A stretch of DNA of 64,000 nucleotides. Origin: a virus. Numbering within the stretch: position 1 is the first letter of the stretch; each line of letters starts with the position of its first letter. Positions 32,021 through 41,792 of the stretch are shown piece after piece. The position numbers were made by a program, and so were the translations under genes. The stretch spans positions 118,954 through 182,953 of IMG/VR virus record IMGVR_UViG_3300032246_002821. One strand, 5' to 3'. The notes below the pieces were generated by a model. That model saw only the letters and a list, made by a program, of their open reading frames with translations, ran no database searches and was not told where the DNA came from.

Positions 32021-32740
32021 TTGATAGAATATCTGGGAGGCTGCAAGGGCGAGCTGTTTTGCAGATTCCTCAACAAAGATACTTTTATCAAAGATATATA
32101 CAATAGATTTCCCAGTTTTATCAAAGATGAGAATGATTTGCGTAAAATCAGTCAATTAGCAAATACAAAAGGTTTTAATAAAGATTACGATGTATCATAT
32201 TTCCGACGGTATTTCGACCAATATGATGCTGGGAAAAAATTTTTAAGATGTCATGACATAGAAAATATTTTTCCTTTAATGGAATTATTTACAAAACACA
32301 ATATCCAAGTAGTCAAAATCAAATTCCATAAAGAAAGTTACGCTAATATTTTTATCGAAGGAACTTTAAAAAATATAGATAGGCCAGCGGAGACGCACTA
32401 TTATTACACAATGGATAAGGAGTTGCTGGACAATGATGTGCCATTGAATGATACACATAGATGCGAGTGGTTATATAAAAGATTGAAAGGCCAAGACGAT
32501 CAAAGATCCAGACACTTTCAAAGTTATGACCACTTCAATAAAAAGTTATTCGATAAACACAAAAAAATAATATATTATGAGGATATATTTTTGAAATTAG
32601 ATCTAGAACACGAAATATTTCAAGATGTGGATACTGAGGATTACAAAAATTTTGTTTCTCAGACCTGGCTACCTGAAAAGATAATTCTTTTCGGACAAGA
32701 GTGGTATCCCAAGGATTACGGTTATGAAGCACATATATAA
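32021..32740 (+). CDS. AT-rich hypothetical protein, possibly P-loop/sulfotransferase-like
   Basis: YLGGCKGELF N-terminal Gly motif; IIYYEDIF; first plausible start after tRNA-Ser is TTG 32021. Confidence 0.6.
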   Translation: MIEYLGGCKGELFCRFLNKDTFIKDIYNRFPSFIKDENDLRKISQLANTKGFNKDYDVSYFRRYFDQYDAGKKFLRCHDIENIFPLMELFTKHNIQVVKIKFHKESYANIFIEGTLKNIDRPAETHYYYTMDKELLDNDVPLNDTHRCEWLYKRLKGQDDQRSRHFQSYDHFNKKLFDKHKKIIYYEDIFLKLDLEHEIFQDVDTEDYKNFVSQTWLPEKIILFGQEWYPKDYGYEAHI

Positions 32741-33005
32741 ATTTTTCTATAACAGTTATCACACAGACAAGACCTGTTTCTATCTGGAGATGTTAGCTGC
32801 CGTCATAACCATCTGCGCCAGCCTGGCATTGGCTGTTACTGCCAGACACCCGGATATGACAGTGATCTATCCGGGTTTTTTCGTGGGCAGTTGCATCAGC
32901 GCCTACACCAATATCAGACGCGACCTAGCTTGGCCAGCAATCTTGACTTTTTATTTCGCCAGTGTAAATATCTATGGCTGGTTCAGGGCCATGGGCTACA
33001 TTTAA
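32724..33005 (+). CDS. small multi-pass membrane protein (paralogue of 21..311)
   Basis: hydrophobic, shared pattern. Confidence 0.7.
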   Translation: MKHIYKFFYNSYHTDKTCFYLEMLAAVITICASLALAVTARHPDMTVIYPGFFVGSCISAYTNIRRDLAWPAILTFYFASVNIYGWFRAMGYI

Positions 33006-33015
33006 GGAAAGTTAG

Positions 33016-33177
33016 ATGAGTTATAGCATCCTCAAGATGATCGAATTTAGCCTGGATTACCTGCTAAGGAACGAACTAAGAGAGGATGTGGAAATACCCG
33101 AGGGTCCTGAAGCCAAAGCGATCATTATAGGATATGTTCGCAGACGAATATCAGAGATCCAAAAACAGACTAAATGA
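33016..33177 (+). CDS. small hypothetical protein (53 aa, MSYSILKMIEF...), missing from the ORF track
   Basis: hand translation; SD aagga; ATGA overlap with the next gene. Confidence 0.6.
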   Translation: MSYSILKMIEFSLDYLLRNELREDVEIPEGPEAKAIIIGYVRRRISEIQKQTK

Positions 33178-33443
33178 ATACAGAAATACACATAAAAGAA
33201 CCAGTCAAATTACATCAAAATTGGTACATAAAGATACAGACCAACTTTTTCCTGCCACTGCAATTCATGAACAGCGAAGTGGTGGAACACACCGTGGGCC
33301 GCCCATTAAGAGACTGGCTGGACGATTGCCTCATAGGTGATTATAATCTGAATATGCACTTCAACACTGGCGATCCCTATTACAACTTATTGTTAGAAAA
33401 CGAAGCAGACGTCTTGACCGTCATGATGAAATATGGTAATTGA
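33174..33443 (+). CDS. hypothetical protein
   Basis: 89 aa, coupled. Confidence 0.65.
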   Translation: MNTEIHIKEPVKLHQNWYIKIQTNFFLPLQFMNSEVVEHTVGRPLRDWLDDCLIGDYNLNMHFNTGDPYYNLLLENEADVLTVMMKYGN

Positions 33444-34044
33444 CAAAAACTTTCACATCGCTAGTTTTATAATCTTGAAATACAGCAGGTTTCTTCAAAC
33501 CTAAATACTCACACAACAATTGATTATCGGATATTTGCCCACAGATCCGACTGAATTCCAACAATTTTGAGTTTTGGTTGTCTATATGAACTGCCATGGT
33601 TTTTAAATCTCTATAATAAGAATAACAAGGGTATGTGATATCAAAATGTCCACACCTTACCCACCATCCTAGACAAGCATCATCTGGTCTATGAGCGATT
33701 ATTATGGGACAATCAGGCCAGGTTTGTCTGATAAAATCCAAATGATAACTGAACACGTGGCTTTTTATCAATCTCACACCTGTAGCACTGAAGGGTTTAT
33801 CGAATTCTTGTTCCAATTCTTCTTTAGTATATAGATTCAAATCACAGAAATCACTTCCAAATTCCATCTGTGGATCCCAGTAGGCACCCATATGCATCAA
33901 TAAGTTTTCGCCCCAGGCGCTGTGCCAATATTGCCTGGCAGGCGATTGGTCGCTGGTATCGAAGCTATCACTGGTGTATAGATTTTTAGCCACACTGCTC
34001 CATTTGCTGCCAGGTGCGCCTGCCAGGAAAACATATTTGAACAT
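33421..34044 (-). CDS. P-loop-like/sulfotransferase-like protein
   Basis: FLAGAPGSKWSSV, RLIKSH, HRPDDAC; start at ATG 34044. Confidence 0.6.
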   Translation of the reverse strand: MFKYVFLAGAPGSKWSSVAKNLYTSDSFDTSDQSPARQYWHSAWGENLLMHMGAYWDPQMEFGSDFCDLNLYTKEELEQEFDKPFSATGVRLIKSHVFSYHLDFIRQTWPDCPIIIAHRPDDACLGWWVRCGHFDITYPCYSYYRDLKTMAVHIDNQNSKLLEFSRICGQISDNQLLCEYLGLKKPAVFQDYKTSDVKVFVNYHISS

Positions 34045-34247
34045 CACATCCTCTTCAATATAGGCAACCACAACCGTTCGTGACAATAGTACAGGAAGAT
34101 CTTTGTGAAGAATTCTATACCTGATATGGCCAGTGCGATATGTGGTTGCCCTGTTATCAGATAACTTATCACGAATGTATCCAGTGTGCCTACCACACGC
34201 CAGCTGACTGTTTTGATCAATAACAACAGATCTCTGGTGAATTTCAT
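34044..34247 (-). CDS. DUF2061-family membrane protein
   Basis: KTVSWRVVGTLDT...ITG...KIFLYYCHERLW. Confidence 0.85.
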   Translation of the reverse strand: MKFTRDLLLLIKTVSWRVVGTLDTFVISYLITGQPHIALAISGIEFFTKIFLYYCHERLWLPILKRM

Positions 34248-34933
34248 ATGGAATATCTCACGTCAGGTCCGGCTCTTTGTAATAAAAACCTGGTGCGATC
34301 TGATTTACGTCCGGTTATTTGCAATGTAGGTCTGATGCTCCTGCTGGCATTGGCCGTTGCGTGTGGCACATTGGGCCAGTCGAATATGTGTGCGTCTCCT
34401 GCTCGCCAACGATCATAGATGTAATTTCCATACATATAGAATTGTCCCGGTTCCCAATCTTCCAACATGACTGTCAGACGTATGACATTGTCGGGATTTT
34501 CATCTATGTCCCACAGCTTGTCTATGTGCAGATTGAACATATCTCCCAGCTTTTGGATATGTATGCGTATCTTGGGCTTCTCTATCTGGAAGTAATCTAC
34601 CATCTTCTGCAACGTGGGATATCCTGTGAGATCGTCCCACATATGAGTGATGGTCATCTTGGGATCTCCGCCCACAGCAGCTATGTCGCGTTCTTCCTGT
34701 GCCAGCATAGGGCTGTAGTTAGGGCTATCTTTTCCATAAAATTTTCGTGTCTCCCAATTCATAGGAGCAGCTTTGTGCTTGATATCGTCGATCTCTGACT
34801 GCCAGTCTCCGGTAAATCTACCTAAACGTGTGAACCATTCACCATCAGCATCTTTCCGCCATTTGTCGAAATGATAGTTGCTTCGTTCTACAGTCCATTC
34901 CCAACTGCTATCGTACTCATCTAGATTCTTCAT
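34244..34933 (-). CDS. cupin/2OG-type hydroxylase (Asp/Asn beta-hydroxylase-like)
   Basis: FNLHIDK (HxD), VMLEDWEPGQ, NVPHATAN, RPTLQITG. Confidence 0.65.
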   Translation of the reverse strand: MKNLDEYDSSWEWTVERSNYHFDKWRKDADGEWFTRLGRFTGDWQSEIDDIKHKAAPMNWETRKFYGKDSPNYSPMLAQEERDIAAVGGDPKMTITHMWDDLTGYPTLQKMVDYFQIEKPKIRIHIQKLGDMFNLHIDKLWDIDENPDNVIRLTVMLEDWEPGQFYMYGNYIYDRWRAGDAHIFDWPNVPHATANASRSIRPTLQITGRKSDRTRFLLQRAGPDVRYSI

Positions 34934-35570
34934 CGTTTTTCCTCAACCATGGTGGTGTGTTAATATTTCTTACGTGGTCATCTAACCAATAGGGATCCGC
35001 CGCGTGTATGTATTTGCTGTTGGCATCGTCCTTCAAGATGTCATCTATGCAAGGATCAGTATCAGCTACAGGAAAATCCAGCCAATGACCCAAGCTCTTG
35101 ACATACTGGCGCCTGTACAGATACAACAGCTCTTGGCTTACGAAGAACGGAGGAGTCTGGAACCAGCGTATCAGCTGTGGTAGTGTGCCCCAGCTGGGTC
35201 CTCCTCGCACTCTGGTCTGTTGATGTGTCAGTATGTTCTGATCACGACCAATTATCACAGGCTGTACCGTGATGCCTGCTGATTGGGCTGCGTGAATAAA
35301 ATCAAACAGAGGAGGTATGCGAGGCATCCAGTCCTGTATGTAAGGACAGCTGATGCTTGTGACAGCATACTGTTTGCCCTGCATCATCTCTGTCGTGATT
35401 GTATCAGGATCCCGCCAATAGTCATTGAAAGGTTCCTGTATGTGTGGTATGAAGTAACCATCTGGTTCCAGCAGTGCTTGCCAGCCCAGCACATCTGTAT
35501 GTAGGCTGAATATCTTGCTGAACAGATGATTTCCCGAGCCTTGTGGCCCCACAAGGACCAGTATTTTCAT
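34917..35570 (-). CDS. P-loop/sulfotransferase-like protein
   Basis: LVGPQGSGNHLFSKIF; IGRDQNIL. Confidence 0.6.
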   Translation of the reverse strand: MKILVLVGPQGSGNHLFSKIFSLHTDVLGWQALLEPDGYFIPHIQEPFNDYWRDPDTITTEMMQGKQYAVTSISCPYIQDWMPRIPPLFDFIHAAQSAGITVQPVIIGRDQNILTHQQTRVRGGPSWGTLPQLIRWFQTPPFFVSQELLYLYRRQYVKSLGHWLDFPVADTDPCIDDILKDDANSKYIHAADPYWLDDHVRNINTPPWLRKNDEESR

Positions 35571-37039
35571 ACTTCTGTAGCTGCCAACTTGTCTGTGTTA
35601 TTGTCCGCGTAACTGATGATAACGCTCAGCAATCCGCTGCCGAACACTGCCAGCATGGTACCTGCGAATATCATATCCTTGCCGCCGCCCCAGTACTGTC
35701 CATACACATACAGGGGGAAGCCCACGAGGAACGCACTGAGTATACCCCAGAACATCCCACGCTCTGTGATGGCGTTCTCATTCCAGATGCTGATCATAAT
35801 GGGCAGCCACACACAGGCTCTCATTATACCGAAGAACAGGAATATGGTCTGCAAGGTCATTCCTGGCCAATTGGCCATAATTAACCCAGCTATCACCAGT
35901 ATCATCATTCCTGTCCTGGCATAACTGATGCTGTGTTCTTCTGTGCTATTGAAACGATTATAGACATCGTGTCCTGCTATGTTGGCTGCACTACTCAGTT
36001 GGCTATCCAACACACTGACCAGACCGGCAAACAGCATGAACAGATACAACATACTGCACCAGGCTGGCAACAGACTGCCCACTGTTACGATATTGGTATA
36101 ACCTACCAGTGCTGCTGGTATCTGGTATTTTAGGCCTGCTGCCAAGAAACCCAGCACACCACTCATTACAGGGATGCAAAGGAATATCATTGCGCCTATC
36201 CAGAATGCCTTACGCACCTGTTGCTGATCGATGGCAAACGCACGTTGATAGAAACTGTTGTCGCCCCAGGGGCCTCCCATATGTCCTATGAATGTGACGA
36301 ATCCCACGCCCATGAAAACACCAGTGGCGAAGTCTGTGCCTAATATGTTGGCACCTTTGCCTGTGATGCCGCCCAGTCCTGACAACACTATGTCCCAGCC
36401 ACCTGCGCTGCTGACCGCACTGGGTACCAATACCACTAATCCTATCCACAACACACTGAGTTTCAATACTTCGGTGACAACACTGGCTTTCAAACCGTTG
36501 CCGAAAGCATACACCAGTGCCAGTACTGCCAGACAATAACTCACGATGTGATAGTCCAAGCCTGTCAGCACTTCCACGCTCTTGCTGCCTGCCAACACAT
36601 TGATAGCGAACGCACACACTGCCAGCATGGCCATCTCCACACTGAGCAGTGCCTGCACACGTGGACTGAATTTTTCACGGAAATATCCCGCGATAGTGAA
36701 TCCATCTGGCTTGCGTTCTCTCAGCAGTTTAGCGAAATATCCGAACAAGAACAACGTGAGGAAATTACCAATGGTGAACCAGAACAAGCCTACCAGACCG
36801 TTCTGATATGCCTGTTGTGCGCTGATGAACATACCGGGCGCCCATACCCAGGCTGCACCCACGCTGAGTGCTCCGGGCAACAGGCCTACACCACGGCGTG
36901 CTACCAGATAGCTTTCTTTATTGGTATTGAAACCAGTGGCAAAATAATATGTCAGTGTCAGTGCCACTAAGGCATATGCTGCCAGAACCATACTGCCCGT
37001 TTCAGGAGCAAATAAGGGAAATAATTTTGAGAAGTCCAT
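35567..37039 (-). CDS. sodium:solute symporter (SSS) family transporter
   Basis: 490 aa, many TM helices; YLVARRG, SVGAAW, FYQRAFA, AGLVSVLDSQL; TAAATA at 37071-37076 (minus strand). Confidence 0.88.
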   Translation of the reverse strand: MDFSKLFPLFAPETGSMVLAAYALVALTLTYYFATGFNTNKESYLVARRGVGLLPGALSVGAAWVWAPGMFISAQQAYQNGLVGLFWFTIGNFLTLFLFGYFAKLLRERKPDGFTIAGYFREKFSPRVQALLSVEMAMLAVCAFAINVLAGSKSVEVLTGLDYHIVSYCLAVLALVYAFGNGLKASVVTEVLKLSVLWIGLVVLVPSAVSSAGGWDIVLSGLGGITGKGANILGTDFATGVFMGVGFVTFIGHMGGPWGDNSFYQRAFAIDQQQVRKAFWIGAMIFLCIPVMSGVLGFLAAGLKYQIPAALVGYTNIVTVGSLLPAWCSMLYLFMLFAGLVSVLDSQLSSAANIAGHDVYNRFNSTEEHSISYARTGMMILVIAGLIMANWPGMTLQTIFLFFGIMRACVWLPIMISIWNENAITERGMFWGILSAFLVGFPLYVYGQYWGGGKDMIFAGTMLAVFGSGLLSVIISYADNNTDKLAATEV

Positions 37040-37114
37040 AAAAATTCCTTTGCAAGTGAAAATTACTTTTTATTTAGTGATTTTTTCTTTACATAAATAA
37101 AAAATATAGATTAT

Positions 37115-37858
37115 ATGGAAAAAAATATGAATATCAAAATTTATAACCATCTATTGGAAAAATTATCTGATTGTTTCGCTTTGGAAAAATATCAGGGAAT
37201 CCAGGATAGTTTCGATAAAGAAACCATCGTGGATCAGCTGCCCTGGACTCCCAAACGCTGGCAAAATTTCCAAGAGCAAATCAATCAGACATTTGATCTG
37301 GATGTCAATTATACCGGATCATTACAGGACATCGTGGATGATATAGATGAAAAGTACAAAACTAGATTCTGGGGCGAAGGTGTCTGGCAGCCCAGGACCA
37401 ACCAATTCCAATACACAGGCTGGCAGATAGCAGAGGAGATCAACAAGCGCAATCCTGCTGCTGTGCTGGATGTGGGCTGCGGCTACAATCAGTTCAAGAG
37501 CCAGATAGCCAATCTCACAGGCATAGACAAATACAACAACAATGCCGATTTCATGGTGGGCATAATGGAGTACAACGTGCCGGAAAAGTATGACGCCATC
37601 ATAGTGTTCGGTAGCATCAACTTCGGCACTTACACAGACATAGGTGAACAATTTGCCAAAGTTTTCAGTCTACTTGCTCCTGGCGGCAGGATCTATGTCA
37701 GGGCCAATCCTGGTATCAGCCACAAGAACGGTCCCTGGATAGACATTTTTGCCTATGACTTCGAGACAGCAGACAAGATAGCCAGGGAAAACCTGGCCCG
37801 TATGGTAACCTTCAAGAAAGACAACGGCGACAGATTGTATTTCGTATACGAAAAATAA
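37115..37858 (+). CDS. class I SAM-dependent methyltransferase with an N-terminal extension
   Basis: VLDVGCG, GIDKY, LAPGGRIY; TAAATA at 37094. Confidence 0.8.
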   Translation: MEKNMNIKIYNHLLEKLSDCFALEKYQGIQDSFDKETIVDQLPWTPKRWQNFQEQINQTFDLDVNYTGSLQDIVDDIDEKYKTRFWGEGVWQPRTNQFQYTGWQIAEEINKRNPAAVLDVGCGYNQFKSQIANLTGIDKYNNNADFMVGIMEYNVPEKYDAIIVFGSINFGTYTDIGEQFAKVFSLLAPGGRIYVRANPGISHKNGPWIDIFAYDFETADKIARENLARMVTFKKDNGDRLYFVYEK

Positions 37859-37874
37859 GCTATCTGTTCCTAGA

Positions 37875-37880
37875 TAAATA
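37875..37880 (+). promoter_or_regulatory. late promoter core TAAATA
   Basis: 15 nt upstream of the neck gene. Confidence 0.6.
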
Positions 37881-37895
37881 TATCTAGGAACTCAT

Positions 37896-38978
37896 ATGCC
37901 CAGATTAAGTCTATACCGTGAAAATCACAGCAACGATTACAAATTCCAAGACAAACGCATCCAGGAAGTGTTCACTGCCGGCGGCGTGGGTATAAACGTA
38001 CACAAATATCTGGGTCCAAAAGATAACGGTGCCACCACAGATTACACCGAACCACAGTATGCCAATCAGAGTGAAAAGAACATACAGGATTTGCTGTTCC
38101 TGGAAAACCGTGATCGCAAATATGATCTGGACGTTTACAACCTGCGTGGCCACTATACCATTCAGGACATAGATTTCAATCTGGCTCAGTTCGGACTGTT
38201 CATCAACAACGACACATTATACATCACATTCCACTACAATGATATGGTGGCCCGACTGGGACGCAAGATAATGCCAGGCGATGTATTCGAGATGCCGCAT
38301 CTGAAAGATTATCATCCACTGGACGACACTATACCAGCAGCATTGAAAAAATACTACGTGGTGCAAGAAGCCACCCGTGCAGCTGAAGGTTATGCACCCA
38401 CTTGGCACTATCATCTGTGGCGCTGCAAAGTGGTACCAATGGTGGATGGTCAGGAATATAAAGACATACTAGATCAACCAGTGAGCGACGACAGCACCTT
38501 GAATTTGCGCGACATAATGAGCAATTACAACCAGAATATACAAATCAATGATGCTGTGGTCGTACAAGCAGAAACAGATGTGCCTTTCAGTGGTTACAGC
38601 ACCACTAGCCTGTATATACTACCCAGCAACAGTGCCATAAGTCCCACACAGGGCATACAGGGTTACCTGACAGGTGATGGCAACGCACCTAATGGTTTGA
38701 GTGTCACTGCCGACGTGGCATTTCCTGTGCATCCCACACTGGGCCAATATGTACTACGCACAGACTATTTTCCCAATCGCCTGTTCCGTTACGATGGACA
38801 ACGTTGGATAGCCATACAGGATGTACAGCGCCAGAATATGACAGGTGCCAACAACAAGAGCTTGCTGGGCACATTCATAAACAACAGCGCAACAACTCAT
38901 CTGAGCAATGGTTTCGTCACCAGCCAGAAACAAGCACTGAGCAACTTGCTAAAAATAGCACCAGACAAGCTAGGATAA
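37896..38978 (+). CDS. neck/head-completion protein (T4 gp14-like)
   Basis: MPRLSLYR...LLFLENRDRKYD...LAQFGLF pattern; precedes the gp15-like gene. Confidence 0.7.
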   Translation: MPRLSLYRENHSNDYKFQDKRIQEVFTAGGVGINVHKYLGPKDNGATTDYTEPQYANQSEKNIQDLLFLENRDRKYDLDVYNLRGHYTIQDIDFNLAQFGLFINNDTLYITFHYNDMVARLGRKIMPGDVFEMPHLKDYHPLDDTIPAALKKYYVVQEATRAAEGYAPTWHYHLWRCKVVPMVDGQEYKDILDQPVSDDSTLNLRDIMSNYNQNIQINDAVVVQAETDVPFSGYSTTSLYILPSNSAISPTQGIQGYLTGDGNAPNGLSVTADVAFPVHPTLGQYVLRTDYFPNRLFRYDGQRWIAIQDVQRQNMTGANNKSLLGTFINNSATTHLSNGFVTSQKQALSNLLKIAPDKLG

Positions 38979-38981
38979 TCA

Positions 38982-40376
38982 ATGGGTCAGTTTTTTTACG
39001 ACAAACAGATACGTAGATTTGTCAACCAGTTTGTAAGATTTTTCAGTGAGATGTACGTGGAGTACGGCAACGATCTCAACGGCAATCCAGTGTTGTACCG
39101 CGTACCTGTGCGCTATGCAGATACAAACAGGCAAGTGGCTGCTATACTCAAACAGAACAGCGACAACAGCGTCAACAGTGTGCCTGCCATGGTTGTCTAT
39201 ATTACCAAGGTGGATTATGACCGCACACGTATGCAGAATCCCACACACGTGGATCAGAGACAGATCAGGACCAGGGCCAGCGATCCCACTACTGGTACAG
39301 TGGGAACCACGCAAGGACAGGCTTTGAGCGTAGACAGGCTGATGCCTGTGCCATACAAGATAACGATGGTAATGGAATTGTGGACCACGAATTTTGATCA
39401 GAAATTGCAGTTGTGGGAGCAGATATGCAGCCAATTCAATCCGGATATGGAGATACAGAGCACAGATAACTGGCTGGACTGGACCAGCCTCAGTTATATC
39501 CTATTGACTGCCACCAATTGGACCACACGCAACATACCTGTGGGCACAGACGATCCCATAGATGTTGCCACACTCACTTTCGAATTACCCATATGGCTCA
39601 CCACTCCTGCCAAGCTGAAAAGGCTGGGCGTCATACAGAGCGTGGTGGGCAGCGTTTACGATGCCAACGGCGATCTGATACAGGCTGTGGTGGACCAGAT
39701 CAATCTATTGGGAGACAGGCAGTATTTCACGCCCACTGGCTATCAGATAGTGGTGAACAATGGCGTTGCAACCCTGTTCAACAGGGCAGGACCGGTGTTG
39801 AACAACACGAATTTCACCATACCCACAACCAACAGCAACCAGATCAAATGGGCACCTGTGATAAACAGTTTCGGCGAGATCAAGAACGGTTACAGTCTCT
39901 TGTATCTCACAGACAGCATCACACAGCGATTGGTCACAGGTACCATCAGTTACAATCCCACCAATGAATACGAACTTTTATTCACTGTAGATCCAGCCAC
40001 GGTTCCCACAAACAACGTCAGTGCCATAAATGCCGTGGTAGATCCGGCTGTGAACGGTCCAGGAGTAGGCTTGCCCGCTGCTGCGATAGGACAACGATAC
40101 CTGCTGGTAAATGATCTAGGTAATGCCAACAACCAGGCAGGAAACAGCCCACTGGCCTGGCAGAATTCAGACGGCAGCGGTCCCATAGCACAGGCCAACG
40201 ACATCATACAGTATGATGGCAATAATTGGAACATAGATTTGCATCCTGTCAGCACCACGCCCACTAAGTATGTTACAAATACCTATTCAGGTATCCAATA
40301 TATGTGGAACGGCGAACAATGGCAAAAAAGCTGGGAAGGACTGTATCCCGAAGGATTCTGGTCCATCGTGATCTGA
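38982..40376 (+). CDS. tail terminator / sheath stabiliser (T4 gp15-like)
   Basis: FFYDKQIRRF...RVPVRY...PVPYKIT...QKLQLWEQICSQFNP. Confidence 0.8.
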   Translation: MGQFFYDKQIRRFVNQFVRFFSEMYVEYGNDLNGNPVLYRVPVRYADTNRQVAAILKQNSDNSVNSVPAMVVYITKVDYDRTRMQNPTHVDQRQIRTRASDPTTGTVGTTQGQALSVDRLMPVPYKITMVMELWTTNFDQKLQLWEQICSQFNPDMEIQSTDNWLDWTSLSYILLTATNWTTRNIPVGTDDPIDVATLTFELPIWLTTPAKLKRLGVIQSVVGSVYDANGDLIQAVVDQINLLGDRQYFTPTGYQIVVNNGVATLFNRAGPVLNNTNFTIPTTNSNQIKWAPVINSFGEIKNGYSLLYLTDSITQRLVTGTISYNPTNEYELLFTVDPATVPTNNVSAINAVVDPAVNGPGVGLPAAAIGQRYLLVNDLGNANNQAGNSPLAWQNSDGSGPIAQANDIIQYDGNNWNIDLHPVSTTPTKYVTNTYSGIQYMWNGEQWQKSWEGLYPEGFWSIVI

Positions 40377-40795
40377 CAGCGGCAGGTGCTCTGATAATCA
40401 GTGCCAAGACAGGCCGTGGTTTATTCCTGCTCAGGGATCAGGACACTTACAGCGATACCTGGGGCCTGGTGGGCGGACAGTTGAATTTCGACGAAACACT
40501 GCAACAGGGTCTGGCCAGAGAGATAACCGAAGAGATAGGTTTCCTGCCCATCATATTGAAAACCATACCACTGGAATTGTTCAGCAGCCCCGATGGGCAT
40601 TTCAATTACCACACATTCGTGCTGATAGTAAAGAATGAATTCATACCTGAATTAAGCAGCGAGCACAAAGGCTATGCCTGGTGCAATCTGAACAATCATC
40701 CCAGACCCTTGCATCCTGGCCTATACAACAGTTTAAACAACAGTATCATACAGGAAAAGCTGTCCCTGATCTTGGACCTATTAGAAGTCGCCTAG
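40319..40795 (+). CDS. NUDIX hydrolase
   Basis: WGLVGG.....ETLQQGLAREITEEIG Nudix box; start uncertain. Confidence 0.85.
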   Translation: MAKKLGRTVSRRILVHRDLTAAGALIISAKTGRGLFLLRDQDTYSDTWGLVGGQLNFDETLQQGLAREITEEIGFLPIILKTIPLELFSSPDGHFNYHTFVLIVKNEFIPELSSEHKGYAWCNLNNHPRPLHPGLYNSLNNSIIQEKLSLILDLLEVA

Positions 40796-41494
40796 CAGCA
40801 CGGCTTCCCTTACACTGACTTCAGTATAATTGGGTAGAGTTGAAAGATCTACATTTGTTTTGCCAGTATATTGGGTTTTTACCCTATAAAATTGTGTATC
40901 AGGATATAATTTAATCAAATCATATAGAAACATATGGAATTTATTAAAACATTCAGGAGAGACTGGATCAGTATATCCTGGGGTATTGGAATATACGTTG
41001 CCTACTTGGAGACCATCTGTTCCATCCATACCAAATAAAAATATTTTTTCAGCACCATCAAAAGCCGCCAGATATGCCGCAGTCGTACCAGCATCCAAAT
41101 GGCTGTAATAAGGTATTAGATTTGTTTGGGAACGATTTAACCACATATCATAACTGACAAAACACTTGTGATGCAGATCGGGATGGATTTCCTGTAAAAT
41201 ATCTGCGTCTTTTATCACATAATAATCAGCAGCAGTATCAAAAAAAGCTCTATTACAAGCATAAGTGAGTTTGTAATTTTCAGCAAATTTACTTTTATTT
41301 GTATTGATTAATAATTGTATCTCTGGTAAATTTTTACTCAAACCATTACCAAGCACAATAGCATTTTTTACACCAAAATCATAAGGTAAATCTCTAGGTT
41401 TGCTTTTTACACTGTTGAGCACATCATCGTATACATAGGAAACGACTTCCCCTGTGTAATCTCTACGGTAATGAGGTGTTATTAAATTTGGCAT
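40781..41494 (-). CDS. Maf/MptE(DUF115)-like, glycosyltransferase-like protein
   Basis: IVLGNGLS, YACNRA, DAGTTAAYLA, IFLFGMDG; TAAATA at 41514-41519 (minus strand). Confidence 0.55.
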   Translation of the reverse strand: MPNLITPHYRRDYTGEVVSYVYDDVLNSVKSKPRDLPYDFGVKNAIVLGNGLSKNLPEIQLLINTNKSKFAENYKLTYACNRAFFDTAADYYVIKDADILQEIHPDLHHKCFVSYDMWLNRSQTNLIPYYSHLDAGTTAAYLAAFDGAEKIFLFGMDGTDGLQVGNVYSNTPGYTDPVSPECFNKFHMFLYDLIKLYPDTQFYRVKTQYTGKTNVDLSTLPNYTEVSVREAVLLGDF

Positions 41495-41519
41495 TGTGAT
41501 TCCATATATGCAGTATTTA

Positions 41520-41792
41520 TTACTTCATTATGTTGACCAATCTACTGTTGTCTTCCAATGCTAGGAATTCATGATTAATATGTTTTTCCCAATCCACTAT
41601 ATCTCCGGTTTTAAGAACATTATTCCAATTTTCTCCTTTTACTAGGAAACTGCCCCTTGCTACAATACTGATATGTTCTCCACCCGAAATATGATTGTGC
41701 ATAGGCAGTATCTGATCCATTTTATCGAAATCATAAACGTTCAAAACCAGTTTGCCATAATTGACTATCTTTGGTAGATTAACTATTTGCAT
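41520..41792 (-). CDS. cupin-fold protein
   Basis: LPMHNH...EHISIV.RG...HEFLALED. Confidence 0.7.
   Translation of the reverse strand: MQIVNLPKIVNYGKLVLNVYDFDKMDQILPMHNHISGGEHISIVARGSFLVKGENWNNVLKTGDIVDWEKHINHEFLALEDNSRLVNIMK

Noticed and set aside
33440-33467. TTGACA-N16-TAGTTT plus-strand promoter
   Set aside because: It points antisense into the minus-strand cluster with no downstream gene; may be chance.
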